From Oikopleura dioica (Eukaryota; Animalia; Chordata), in the NCBI GenBank assembly GCA_907165135.1, contig OU015568.1:6014001-6078000 (forward strand): a stretch of 64,000 nucleotides of DNA, read 5' to 3'. Position 1 is the first letter of the stretch. Each line of letters opens with the position of its first letter. This document shows positions 34,670-47,255 of the stretch, piece after piece. The notes beneath the pieces were generated by a model that was not told the DNA's origin, ran no database searches, and saw nothing but the letters and a program-made list of their open reading frames with translations. Both the position numbers and the translations under genes were made by a program.

Positions 34670-37433
34670 TACTCGCTTATTTCAATGTGGAAGAAAAGAG
34701 TGGCTGGGTAGAGACTGCCGCCTTCTTTGTCGAAAAGCGGGATTTGCCGGTAGCCGGGGACGATGCTGTCCATTGGAAGGTACGAATTTGCCAGTTTGTC
34801 GTCCTAAGTTTGGTTGAAAGAGGAACTCTAGAGATGTCTCACCTTTGTTCCGACATCTTTGTCCTAGACCAGAATTTCAAGCATCGATAGCTCGGGGAAC
34901 CAAGTTGTCAAGGTGAATTCTTCATTCCAGCAAGGACTTAAAAATCGTCAAAAGGGAATGATGGATTCGTTTTCACCTGAAGCCGTTGTTGTCGATGAAT
35001 TTGGTCGTCCTTGAGTTCTTCGGACTGTCGTCGACTGGAGGACCAACTACGCGGATTTTAACGTAAGGATCGACCACCTCTCCTTTGTTGTACTGCTTCG
35101 GCTTTGGCAACTGGCAGCCTGAGATGATCTTGAAGACGGATTTAGAGGGAATTTGACAGAATAAACGACCTTGATTTTGTATGAAAAGGGCTGGGAGCGG
35201 GGGAAAGTTGAGTTATCGTTGATGTCAAAATTATTGTTGTGGAGAGCATCTTCTCGCAAGAACTCGGGCTTGAGGACATAGCCGGCGCCCTGGTTTTGTT
35301 TGAAGCGAGCTTGGTTGATCAGCATTTCTTCACAGGCAGTTTGGTAGTTCAGCGCCACTAGAGTAGCCGTTATTGGGAATCAAGGAAGAGAACGCTTACC
35401 GATTTGGCATCCGTAAGCCCAGACAGGGATCGGATTGTAATTTGAAGAGTCTATTTTCTTTTTGTTGGGGTAAATTCGGATCAGCTGTCGGGAAGTGTGG
35501 TTCAGAAGTGCTTTCTAGAAGAGCAGGGATGGAGAAAAAGAGTGAAAAAGTGGCTTACTGATTGGTTCTTTGCATAGGAAGAGCAGACTTTGTCGTCGAT
35601 GGAACTGATGTGGCGGTAGTCCGAGTTTTGCTGGGCATCGTCGAAGTCTGTTAAATGACGGGATTGAGTGTAGATCACCAAGTCTGATAGATCTTTATGC
35701 AGCTTGATCTTTTTCTACAGAAAATTAGTTCAGAAAACGCCAAAACAGATAGAAACCAAAAACACACAAACACAAACGCGCGCAATATTGAAAAAAAAAC
35801 AAGAAAACGGTACTGTAAATTTACGACATTTACAAAATAAAAAGTCAGTCCCGCTTTTCGCGAGGGCCCCGGAAAACGAGAGCTTCGGAAGCGAAAGCTA
35901 CTCGTTTTTGAAGAAGGGCGCAATTCGGGCGACGAAAACAAGGAAGAGATTTCCTCGTCTGTCGAAGTCGACTGAAAAGAGACTGATTCTAGAGCCGAGG
36001 AATAAGGGGTTAAAAATGTTGCTTACAGGGGCGGTAATGGATTTACTAGTGGCGAGAAGCAACAAACTCGTCTTTCTAACCTGGTCCTTGAACTAAATCA
36101 AAGTTTACTTTTCTTGCGGTTAATAAGTGATTCTTCCCGAAAACATTCCTCAGGGAAAAAACAAACAGTGACGTTCGAAAAAAGCAAAGTTCAAAAAAAA
36201 ACTCTCTTTGTGTAATTATCGATTTGTGCTTCCTTTGTTAGTTCAGAAAAAAGTGAGACAAATTCAAAGTGCAAGAAGAGCAAATATTTTTAACCTTGGA
36301 GCTTTTTAAGCTCACTCTTCGGGAAGAAGAGTGTTTTCGCCGATTTTTACGGTTTTTACGAAAGCCAAAGCTTTGTAAAATCCTAACGCGGATGGCTTTT
36401 CTTCTGAAGTACCACTGTACTTTAGTTAGTGTTTTTCAACCATTCGGGGAACGACTATTGTTGATTCGAAATTATAAAAAAAACAGGTCGGGCCTAAAGT
36501 TAAACTTACGGTCTTTTTCTGTTTCTTTTGGTTTCCAGCTTCTTCTGCTGCTGGAACACTTCCATTTCCAACTGGGCTGTCTCGATCCTTCCCTTGTGCG
36601 TATCCTTCTCCCTCGTCTTCTTCTGAAACTTCATCGTCGACGACGAAATCGTCATTCTCCGCCTTGTTCCTCGTCGAATCTCCCGCTGCTTCCTTCAATT
36701 TCTTTCCCTTGATCCAGATTTTTCCCTTCATCGCCTCGGGAGATGGAAGACAATCTTCATCAGGATCGACTGGAGCTCGAAGCAGAAGGTCTCCAAGGAT
36801 TTCGACCATGTATTTGGCCATCTTTTGCTGCTGGGGAATGTGGCAGTGGTTTTCGAGCGAAAGGCAGACTGGATACTCCGATTTTTTGAAGGCGTATTGG
36901 CGGACAGTTGTGATCACGTCCTAAAAAAAGATTAAGAGTTAAAAAAAAAGGTTGAGACTTTACCTTGAAGCTTATTTTCGAGGTCCTGGTCCAACCGTGG
37001 TAAATAATCGGCTGTCCATTAGCTCCGTCCCAGCAGTCAAGTTCGACGCAGCGGCAACCTTTTAACAGGGCACTTTTGTACGCTTCTGTGCTGCTCGGCC
37101 CTGTCAGCTGGTCGTCTAACAGATACGTATTGTGACTGGAAGCGATCCAGTAGTCCGTCATCGGTCGGCTCATGTCCTGCATCTTTTCGTAAGAAGAATC
37201 GTCGATCACTTTTGCCGAACGAATGTACATGGCGAATCCGTAGAGAACGATTTCAAAGTTTGGGTCTTCAAGATTACTCTCCGTCGCTAGAATTGATACT
37301 GGAGCTTCAGTAAAAAAGAAAAACTTACCTGTCGGTTCAAAAACGCGGACCATTTCCTTGAGTTTCTCATCCGTCAAATTTTTGTAAAACTGGTATTTCT
37401 CCGAAAACTCCCGGAACTCGCAGACAGCACACA
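34670..37433 (-). pseudogene. Phosphoinositide phospholipase C (EF-X-Y-C2), 5'-truncated with no PH domain
   Basis: [36 protein letters not shown]...IDSSNYNP...GCQIVALNYQT, GYVLKP, C2 DPYV. In-frame TAG at 34864-34866 in C2. Confidence 0.9.
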
Positions 37434-37990
37434 TGTGTGCTGTCCAGGTCGTTCTTCAACTTTCGAAGCTCTCGTTGGGCACTGAAAAGATTGATAAACT
37501 ACGGTAGATAATTTAAAGACAAACTTTTGTAGGCGCTCCTCTAAATTGTCATATTCAGCTTCCTTCATCATCTTGTACTCTTCAAGACCCTTGGCGTGAG
37601 TCTGAGCCTGTTGCTTTTCGCCTTTGATGCTCTCGACGGCCTATGTGAGCATTTTAAGATGCTGCTCTGTCTGCTTTGCTGAGGTGATCTTCTCTGCGAG
37701 GACGATCTCGAGGACGTTGCATCGCTCCTTCAAGTCGAACTTTTTGACTCCTTTGACGATGATTTTTCCTTCAGAAGTCAGTTTGACTCGACTATAGATA
37801 CAATTTACGCGACGTAATCACCTATAAGCATTACCTTGAAGGGCCAGCATCTTCATCTTCCTCGGGGACTTTCTCAACAGGAGATTTTGTCGCCTTGACT
37901 GGTCCTCTTGCAGTTCCAGCGCGCGCTCCGACTCTAGAAGATGTAGCCGCGGTGAGGGTTTTTGTCGTCAGCGTAAGGTGCGGGAATGGG
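37434..37990 (-). pseudogene. Kinesin-14 (KIFC1/Ncd-like) tail and stalk fragment, no motor domain, fused to PLC
   Basis: KKFDLKERCNVLE (compare KIFC1 WDLKGQL) followed by coiled coil ...[32 protein letters not shown] at 37641-37643; two short introns. Confidence 0.55.
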
Positions 37991-38072
37991 AAGGTGAAGA
38001 GTCTTCTCTAAAAATTGAAAATTGCGTCTTTCTCTTTCACTCTGTTCCAGTTTTTGGGATAATCAATTTGAT

Positions 38073-38088
38073 TTTCGCGCGCGCCAAT
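38073..38088. promoter_or_regulatory. Adjacent E2F-type (TTTCGCGC) and CCAAT motifs upstream of the kinesin-14 fragment
   Basis: attttcgcgcgcgccaatca; a similar gcgcggaccaatcagcgcgcg occurs at 4983-5003. Confidence 0.35.
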
Positions 38089-39604
38089 CAGAGCAAAAAG
38101 AGCGCACCAAATTTTCTTCTTATGAAGAAGATATGAAAATTTGACAAAAATGGAGGTGAAAAGATAAGTTTGCTTGGAAAAAAAAACATGAAAATCCAAT
38201 TAAAAAAGCCGTTCAAAAGTAAAAACGAAGATGAGCTATGCATTATATAGCCTTCTCGCGGGGCTTCAAGAGCGAACAAGGGATAACACGGAGAAAGGCG
38301 GGCGAGCAAAGGTGCGCCGTTGAAGCCATGGAGGGCGAACAAGGGGGCGTAGAAAGCAAAAGAAGGAAAGCGACCAACGGATCTTGGTTACAAAAAGCGA
38401 GTGACCAAGGGAGGTCTTGTTGGAGTTTAACTCAGCGAGCAAGGGAAAAATGTTCACAAAATGTGGGCGAGCAAGGGGTTTGGGTACGTTAGGTGCAGTT
38501 ATATAAGGTCACTAATGGTGTCGCCATCTACCACAGTCCACCCAATTTCTCTTGGAGCTGGCTCGTTTTCTCGCTAAAAGAGGCGATTAACTTAGTTGGC
38601 AGAGAAAATATTGAAAAATTTTGAATTGCCAGGTAAAAATACTACAATTTCTTCAAGATAAAAATTTACCTGATCATCAGTCGAAGCATTCCGCTTCTTA
38701 GCAGTCGAGGATTGAGCTTCATCTTGGAAACGAACTCGTCGGGCACTTTTTTCAGGATCATGTCGAGGTCTTCCTGCAGCTTGGAGCTCATGTTTGCGAA
38801 GTATAGAAGGCGGAACTGAATAATAATTATTGGTTTTCATTCAAAGTTATCATATTAAGGGGGAGGTGGTCGAAAAATTTTTTATCGACTAACTAAGAAT
38901 GAGGAAAGAAAGTGAATAAAAAACTATACAAGAAATTTTCATCAACTTTGAAAATCTACAACCCTTATTCGAAAAGGCGCGCGAGCCAGCTCGGCCTGGT
39001 CCCTTAAGCCTATTTCCGAACCCTACCCCTAACACAGGGTAGCCGAAAGGTAACCTTAGGGTAGCCAATCGATAAATAGCCCTTCAGTTTCTTCCGTTTT
39101 TCGAAACTCAAAATCACTTCGGTAAGAGACCTTATTCTTTGACCCCTGTTCCATAGATGGTGCACCCTGGCCGGCTAAGAAGGGGCGACAGATTCATTCA
39201 TGATTTACGGCCGAATTTCGATCGTAAGCCCCTTTGATATCTCTATTTTTAACCTTAAGGATATAAGCTATGAATTTGAACTTTCGTAGCGCCTAAATGC
39301 GAAGTAGTATCATTTTCACTTCAAAAGTAATCCTACCTAAAAATGCACGCAAAACTCAAATATGGTACTCTAAAAAAAAATTTTATTGAAAAATTTCCTT
39401 TTAGAGCGATTTCAAATCTTACTCTCTCGATTCCTGGAATTTTTTCCACTAAATCGGTCCAGTTTTTTCGATAAATAACTTCTCTTAACCCTTATCTACA
39501 AAATTGACGGATCAGTTTTCCCTAATTCTGACCGAAACCGATTTTAGAGCCATTTCCATGAGGCTTACCAAGCGCGCGAATAGTGTAAAACTAGACTTTT
39601 ACTG

Positions 39605-39785
39605 TACCTGTTGTTGTTGTGAGTTGGCAAATTGCTGAAGAAGGAGCTGTTGCTGGAGGAGTTGGATTTGCTGGACGCTGAGTTGCGGAAGCTGGAGACT
39701 TTGGGGAATAGCTCGGGCGAGATTGGCGGCTTGCTGCAAGTTGTGCGCGTTCATGATTTGGCTCTGCTGGTGGAAGGGTTAAATG
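39605..39785 (-). CDS. Isolated Gln-rich exon of an unidentified gene
   Basis: PFHQQSQIMNAHNLQQAANLARAIPQSLQLPQLSVQQIQLLQQQLLLQQFANSQQQQ followed by a GT donor; embedded in TE-like DNA. Confidence 0.4.
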
Positions 39786-40660
39786 GTTAACAACATAAAT
39801 ATGAGTAAATATGCATTTTTGTTAATGTGTCGATTTTCATGTCAATAAAAAAAATTTTCAATATGGAAAAATTACCGAGTTAAAAATTTCGTTCAATAGC
39901 TAAAATCAACCATTTTCGAAAAAATTTTTAAACCGAAGTCAAATTCCTTGATCAAAAATAGTTCCATAAGTTCATATTTTTCTTAGATGAATTTAAAAAA
40001 CTTTTCGCAGCCAAAATCCTGACTTTGCCTGTTTATAGATTCAGCTGAAAGCCCGTAAAATTATGAGGCGACTCCAAAACCGTCAGACGATGACGTCATC
40101 AATAACGCTAGAAGTTGGCAAAAATGACCATTTCGGGAAAATTTTGAGTCAGTTTTTGGGGTGCAGGGCGGCCACGTTCTGCACTCAAAATTTTCGGAAA
40201 TCGATTCTTTGAGTTTTGAGGATCATTTTCTCTATTGTCGTAAAATTCTATTTCGACTCCTTGACCCTCAAAATCGACTTTTAAAAGCTTGATTTTCGGG
40301 CTTTTTAGCTAAATTTGCCCATTTTTCGGTCGATCACCAATCTTCAAACCCTTTTTCTTAGTGAAACCCTTAACATATCACCATACACTTGTCGGTGCCC
40401 TTGACAAGGGTCTCAGCTAAATTTTCAACATAAAAAATTTTGATCAGTTAAGGTCATCATAATGATATCCATGTTTGAAAAATATTTTCACTTTAACCTA
40501 TCGTTGCGACACCCTTAAGAGGCCTATGAGCTTGTTTTCCTTCTGATGCCCTAGAGCAACTATCGAGCTACAGAATTATCAAAAAATGTTTCAAAAATCT
40601 TAAGGGGATCAATCCGATATCCGTGTTTGAAAAAGTCATTATCACATGACGGAGGGGTCC

Positions 40661-41102
40661 TTAACTTCTCAATACACGGGCGGGCGACTAAGCGCTCAAA
40701 ACACGGGGTCGGGAAAACCGACCACCAAGCATTATTCAGCCCGCGCGGCGCGCCAAATTCGGAGTGTGAAAAACAGCGCCGACTATTTTGATCTCTCATT
40801 CATATTTCCGTCGAGATAATAAGTTTAAAACTATACTGTTAGAAAGCCCGAACACTCAGCTATTTATTCATGTTATTATCAAGGAGAAAAAACCCTTCAA
40901 TTTTTCAATAATGAGCTCGAAAGAGGTCGTGTGCAAAGCGCCATCCCTCTTGACAATCTTCACGAAACTTCGCAGAGTGGTTCGGTTTGTTCATATAAGT
41001 GCACATTGCAAAAATTAGCTCAAACGGATTACAACCTTTGAAGTAATTGAGGGCCAAAGTCGCCGTGGTCGGTTTTACCGACCACGTGTATTGAGAAGTT
41101 AA
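40661..41102. mobile_element. piggyBac-like MITE (TTAA target, 14-bp TIR CTTCTCAATACACG)
   Basis: TTAA at 40661-40664 and 41099-41102; sub-terminal ggtcgggaaaaccgaccac / gtggtcggttttaccgacc. Confidence 0.8.
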
Positions 41103-42719
41103 GCTTAGCTGAAAGCGTTAAAACTGATATGAATCAAGTAACATCGTAAAAAAATTCTCATGCAGAACGCCATTCTGCATTTGCAGAACGCCGTTCTGGC
41201 AGAACGTGGCCGCCCGTCACCCGTTTTTTGGGCTTTATTGACGGAATTTTCTCATGTTCTATAGCTCAAATTGATCCATATGAAAAACTCTACTAAGGTT
41301 TTTGATAAGTTTTCATTTCCTCGAAATTTTTTTCGGGAAATTCTAGAGCCAAATTCTTCGATTTTTTCCTAATCCGTAAAAACCTTTGTATAGTTTTTAA
41401 TAAGCTTTCATTTGCGCTATCAAACACCGAAAAATTCAAGCAGGAACACTGTTAAAATAGGACTCAAAGTTTGGGTTTTGGAATTTCTGACGTCATTTGT
41501 GACGTTATTCTTTGGAAAATTTCGAAAACGACTTGGTCGAATCTACCCAAAATTTGACGGGCTTTCTGTAGGGCTGAAAATCTGACAATGTCAGAATTTT
41601 GCGAAAAACCTGAAAATGGCAACATGGGCAACAAGGGCAACATAGGGCAACAAGGGCATCTGAAAAAAACAGCTTCAAGTCTCCAAAACCTGAAAATGGC
41701 AAGTTGGCTGAAAAGGCTTGAAAATGGCTGAAAACATGTTTGTTGCACTTGTTGCCTTTGTTGCCATTTTCAGGTTTTACCGAATTTCGCCTGCAAAAAG
41801 TTTTTTATAATCATCTTACGTCAACTAAAAGTTTAGTTACCTATAACTTAGGCTATAAGTTATAAGTTATAAATAATTTTTACATAACTGATAAGCCATT
41901 TAAGGGCCTTGTTATAATTAATTGGTCGCTTTGCGTTTCGGCGTTAACAGAACCGACATGATAAGATCTTTTCAAGTTTCCTTTAGCAAAGTTCTCTTCC
42001 TTGATTCCAGAGTATATTCTTTTGAATACAAATCAATCTATTTTTAAAATTTGAAAAATTTCATTCTCGGAAAAATGTAAAACTTAATGCTTTCAAAAAC
42101 AAAAACTTCATTCAAAATATAATTTTTACCTTGGGAATGTGAATCATCTTCTGATTCTTCATAGCCCAGAGTCGCAACATCCGAAGCAAATCCAGCGTCC
42201 ATTGACTCTTCTTCTTGAGGAGCAGGAGTGTTGTCTTCTTCAGCGGCTGGGCTAAAATTTCTGAGTTAAATTTAGGGATCACCCCCCCGTTTTGGCCATC
42301 TTTGACTGGGAATTCAGCCGATTTGCGTTCATGAAACCAGACGTACAAAAGCACTTCTAAAAGCTCAAGTACTATCCGCTATTCTCTTGCTCAGAGCAAT
42401 CATTTGCTCAGGGCAAACCAACTGAGTGGTCGATCTTGGGTGAAAGACGATCTGTAATTGAATTTTTATTTGAAAAAAGCTTTTCTGTGTTTCACAGGAA
42501 CGGACTTATCACTGTCCAAGTCCGGAAGTCCGGTCCATATATTTTAATAGCAAAGACTTACTCGACTTGCCTCGATTTTCTTAAAAATATCCTGATATTC
42601 AGAGTATTATACTCTCCCATACTTGGAACTAGCTTCCGGAGGAGATTCATAACTTTTCTCTACTTTTCAAAAGTAATTACTCAAGTTCAAATGTGAACCG
42701 AGACCAGTGTTTGAAAAAA

Positions 42720-43150
42720 TGATGAGCGCGAGCCGCGAGCGAGCGTAAGCGAGCGAGGGTGTAGGGCGGCCACGTTCTGCAGCAGTACGGCGTTCTGCAA
42801 ATGCAGAATGGCGTTCTGTAAGTACAGAACGGCGTTCTGCACTCAAAAAATATATTCGCTTCGCGCCTGTTTTGAAGGAAATCTCAGAATTTCTTAAGTC
42901 AGGAGTTACTCTTTAAGCTTCGCTGGATGCTGATCAGAATCAAGTTACATCGTAAAAAAAAATCCTTATGCAGAACGCCATTCTGCATTTGCAGAACGCC
43001 GTTCTGGCAGAACGTGGCCGCCCGTCACCCGCGAGCGAGCAAGCGCTCATTCTCACTCACTCACGTAAAATTTCAAGGCCACTGCTCACGCTCACTCGCT
43101 CAACTTAAAATTGCGAGATCTCTGCTCGCGCTCACTCGCGCTCGCTCACG
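42720..43150. mobile_element. Foldback element with GCAGAACG multimers and GAGC/GCTC-rich ends; further partial copies at about 41150-41225 and 40165-40190
   Basis: 42765-42845 is the reverse complement of 42970-43030. Confidence 0.7.
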
Positions 43151-43838
43151 ACCTTTTTTTGTAAAAATAACGTCCGATTTGCGAAATCTTTCCTGATTTC
43201 ATTTTAAGGGCACTACCGTCGATTCCCCCAAGTTGAGCCTTGAATAACTCAGGACTTAGTTATCTAGGCGGTCCCTTTATCGGCGTATTGAATAGATCAA
43301 TCCTAGATCTTAACCTTAACAGAGAGGTTTCTCAATTGATTAACAAAAAACAGCTAAGTTTCGGCTTGAAGTCAATATCTTTGCCAAAATGGCCTAAATA
43401 AAGGCTTGAATAATCTCAATAGTTGTATCCGATTTTCGAATAAATTCTTGAGCATAAACACATAAATAAGAGACGAAATGAAAAATTCAGTATCGTGGAC
43501 TCTACGGAAGCTTTCCGAATTATGACATCGTTTACATTGATAACGAAGAGCCTTCGTAATGGATGGTCTAATTATGAGAGTCGCTAAATTCTCAATCAAA
43601 GTCCTAATAAACTATTCCCGGAAAAGTTAATCAAGAAGAAAAAAGGCTCCGGTTTACTGAGCGCTGCTGAATTCGTCGGTTTGCTGAAAACGTCGGTTGC
43701 TGAAAACGTCGGTATGCTGAAAACGTCGTGTAACCGAATTAATTTCTTTAAATTGAATTATGATTATATTTTCAATTTGATCGCCGTCTGCCCAAGATCG
43801 CCGTTTGCCTAAGATCTCCGTCTGCCCAAGTTGGTTTC

Positions 43839-44039
43839 TTACCTGTTACAGAGAGGGTGTTCCCTATTGAAATGGTCGAAAATATCTGATTTTCGACCTG
43901 GTTCGATCGCTCCTCGTGGTATCGGCTCGTCAGCGCGGCCCGGCTTCCACTGACAAATCATGCAGCGTCTCCAGGGATTATGAGTGTTGTACACTCGTCT
44001 TAGCCAGGAAGCTAATTCCTCCTGGGACGAGAAGGTCAT
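43839..44039 (-). CDS. Short exon encoding a C2H2/BED-like zinc finger
   Basis: CMIC-x25-HFNREH; ends at an AG|GTAAG donor. Confidence 0.35.
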   Translation of the reverse strand: MTFSSQEELASWLRRVYNTHNPWRRCMICQWKPGRADEPIPRGAIEPGRKSDIFDHFNREHPLCNR

Positions 44040-44097
44040 TTTGACTCTAAATATACAAGAAAAACGATATATTTTCGAAAATTGATATATTTAAGAA

Positions 44098-44343
44098 GGG
44101 GGTCGACGAGAATCGGGATTTCTGATTCCATTTTCGCGAAGATGCACCAAAAATGGTCAATTTTTTTACAATTTTGTTCATTTCGACCCCTAAATCTAAT
44201 TAAATTAGACTAATTTTTATCAAATGATTTTATGCTCAACAGATTCGGGAGAATCAGTAGATTCCAAAAATATAAGATTCATATCCTGACTATGTGTATA
44301 AGCGAAATTACGATCATTCCTGGAAAAATTCTCGTCGACCCCC
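44098..44343. mobile_element. MITE with 16-bp TIR GGGGGTCGACGAGAAT; another terminus of this family at 25760-25784 ends in TTAA
   Basis: gggggtcgacgagaat ... attctcgtcgaccccc; gattctcgtcgacccccccTTAA at 25762-25784. Confidence 0.75.
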
Positions 44344-44399
44344 ATAAATAAAACGGAAAACATATTTTGTGCGGCGATTTTACAGATAAATAAATTGAC

Positions 44400-46680
44400 T
44401 AGTACAGTCATAGTTAAGAAGGCGACGCGGCGGCGAACGAGTTTGGCAAGAGATCTTTTTGGGTTGGGGCAGGTATAAATACACGGCGCAGATTACCAGC
44501 GCCGCGCCTGTCACAAACGAACTCTGTCGATTCAGTTCAGCACATTTTCAAAAGATGGATTCATTAAGACGAGAAGCCGTGTCGTTGCGGCTTTGGAAAG
44601 CAAATTATGAAACTGTATTGAACCGTGCCTGTATTTGGAAGCCGAAGTAGATGACGGAAAGGATGGTGGAGACGATGATGGCGATGCTGGATGCGAAGCC
44701 CTTGAAAATGTTGTCCGCGTACTTGATGACGACGGCGATCAACAGGCCCCCAAAAGCCTGGTTGAAGACCACAGCCAGGGCGATGCCGTTGAAGCCAAAG
44801 AAGATTCCCTGAAACAGTTTTAGCACGAGAAAGAAAAACCGAGAAAGATGAATTCGGCTTTTTAAAATCTCAACTTTTCTCAAAAGAAGAGTCGCTTACT
44901 TTTTGGCAATTTGTTCTCCGTCTTTGGCGATCATTCCAATTCCGGCGAGAACGGCGGCAAAAGGCCGAGCTGTATGTTCCTCAGCCAAATGGAGACTTGT
45001 CCTGTCTTGAGGATTTTCTCAAAAAGACGCCGGCGAAGCCAGAAAAGAGGCAGGAAATGAGGACTGCGGAGAAGCTGTTTCTTCAGCAGGGCGACGGAGA
45101 AAAAGCAGTCGTCAGGATTTTCAGCTGGTAGGAAACTGAAAACATCGATTTGACTTTTTCCTTGATTTAAAAACGGGTGACACTATTTATTAGGATCAAG
45201 GAAACGCTCGCGGAGCCAGTTGGGCTCGGCAACCTTAGTGGAAACTCTGAGTCAGGGTTCTAAAACAGTAAAATAAAAAGCCGCGTAGCGGCTTTTTTTA
45301 AAAACGAAGCCGCAAAGCGTCTTCGCTAGTGAAAGTAAATCATTTAATGATTTAATCATTTAATGATCCCTTAATAAGGGATCCCCCTGATTTCGCCAAC
45401 TTTGACCTCTATCTACTTTTTTGAGCTTACGTAGGAAGCTGGTTTTGGGCGCATTAGAAAGCCCGCGTTAGAAGGAGCAAATTCTGGTAGAATCAGCTTG
45501 CCAGCATAACATTCGCTTATGCATTACAGGCCGTCAAAGTGATTAAAGTTGGCGAAAATGGCTATTTTTGACCATTTTCAAATCGTATCTACTTTTTTTG
45601 GGGCTTTTTAATCACCAATATTTTTGCTTCTATAGATAGCTCAGAGCCTAAACTTAATATTCTGGTAGAACCAGCATAATTGGATGAGTGAAAAAAATTT
45701 TCCTAGTTGTAGAACTTTTTGGAGCCATTTTCGGCATTTTTTGGTGGTTAAATGCTCTCTAGCGCCAACAAATGGCCGAAGATTCTAGTGCGGATATCAT
45801 ATTCGTAATCAGCGCATTCTAAGCTTTCGATCAACCCCTTACTTGTCCTCTTTTGATAACGATGAAAAATTGAAAAAATCGCGATTTTCACGCTAAGTAC
45901 AAATTACATGCATTTTCTCAAACCTTGAAGGCCAAAATTTTTGGGATGCATTTATGTAGAGGGTACTATAATATATCAAAATGATCCTCAGAACACGAGG
46001 CATCTAATGATAGGCGAAAATGAGCTGCGCCAAAGTTTTGAAAAATCGGGGGTGATCCCCTTGGAAACTTTGGCGAAGCCGCTTTGCGGCTTTTTATTAA
46101 ATAAAGCCGCTAAGCGGCTTTTCATTTACTGTTTTAGAACTCTGACTCAGGTTTTCTACTCAGGTTGTCGAGCCCAGCCAGTCAGACAGCAATGAACTTG
46201 CTCAAACAAATGCCCAGAAATCAAGTAGTTTAAAAATGAGTACCTTGAAAAGTAACTGCTGGAAGATTGGAAACCGCCAGATAAAACAAGTTGTTCTGGA
46301 CGGTGTAGATGAAGCTGGGAACGGCGACTTTGAGCGTGTCCCAGGGCCGGTTGATGATCTCGCTGCTGATCTCGCCGTAGAAAGAGAGCACATTGCACTG
46401 GAACGGTTTGAAGGCTGGAAAGGTACCTTGTGGCTGCCGACGAGGAAATCAAAGAAGAAGCGACGATTTTTAAGATTTCGCAAAAGAACACTGCTGCGGT
46501 ATTGAAGAACTTGTCTCCCTAAAAACTTTGCTTAGGAGTTGTTTTTAAATAAAGAATCACCTCGTCTGTTCGTGCTTTGCGCATTGCGAGCACCAGGGAG
46601 GCATTTTGAGCGACTAGAAGGACGAGGGCGAGCGTCTTGACCCATTCCACCCCGCTCGAGTCTGAAAACAAAATTCTCGT
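44400..46680 (-). pseudogene. SLC35A2: UDP-galactose transporter, disabled with an internal deletion
   Basis: [48 protein letters not shown] joined directly to FSAVL...FSGFAGVF, FGGLLIAVVIKYADNIFKGFA; frameshifts; TE-filled intron. Confidence 0.8.
45242..46157. mobile_element. Element with about 85-bp TIRs ending in CTGACTCAG, with a nested AAGGGGATC-TIR element (45376-46062)
   Basis: 45242-45326 is the reverse complement of 46073-46157; inner TIRs aaggggatccccctgatt / aatcgggggtgatcccctt. Confidence 0.75.
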
Positions 46681-47114
46681 TTTTTGAAAAAAGCTTGCGG
46701 CGATTATCAGGTTTTAAAAGCGTAAAAATAAAATCTTTTTACGGTACAAATTTTGAGGGATGAGAGTACAAAATATGCTAGCGCGCGAGAAAAATATAAC
46801 TGACTTCTTTATTTTCTCTAATTTACGCATTGTTCTCTTTTCTTTTTTTGATTTCTTTTTGAATCTTGTAATCCCTCATTTGATTCGCCAATGAATGAGG
46901 CGACGAATCACCAAAATCAGCGATTCTTTTCAAGAAAAACTGATTTTTATAGATAAGCGAAAAGGAGTAAATGAAAGCGTTATGTTCAGGCTTATTTTTG
47001 ATACAAAAAATGATTCATAGAAGCAAAGTTACGCGAAGAATTATTATTATTTAATATTTGATGTTGAAAATAGTTCCCACGGAAGATTTTTTAGAATTCA
47101 TAATTACTAAATTA

Positions 47115-47255
47115 CTTGAGTTCTCTGTCCTCATCATTTTGTAATTCATTTTCCTCTGGAATTCCCGACTCTGGCTTGTCCTTTTTATTATCTGCAAGTT
47201 GCAGTGCAACTTTATCATTTGCCTTCTTATCAGCTGCAGTTCCCTTTGGAGCCAT
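47115..47255 (-). pseudogene. Orphan first exon resembling the Rpn1/PSMD2 N-terminus (tentative)
   Basis: MAPKGTAADKK...KKDKPESGIPEENELQNDEDRELK; no downstream exons seen. Confidence 0.3.

Noticed and set aside
37500-37760. XRCC4-like protein (FDLKERCNVLEIV...KEAEYDNLEERL aligns ungapped with the XRCC4 head-stalk), notable because c-NHEJ is reported lost in O. dioica
   Set aside because: The matching tail (QKFVFKL) falls in a GT-AG intron, the upstream region is a disordered basic tail rather than a beta-sandwich head, and the DLK motif plus coiled coil fits kinesin-14 better. An HHpred run on the spliced peptide would settle it.
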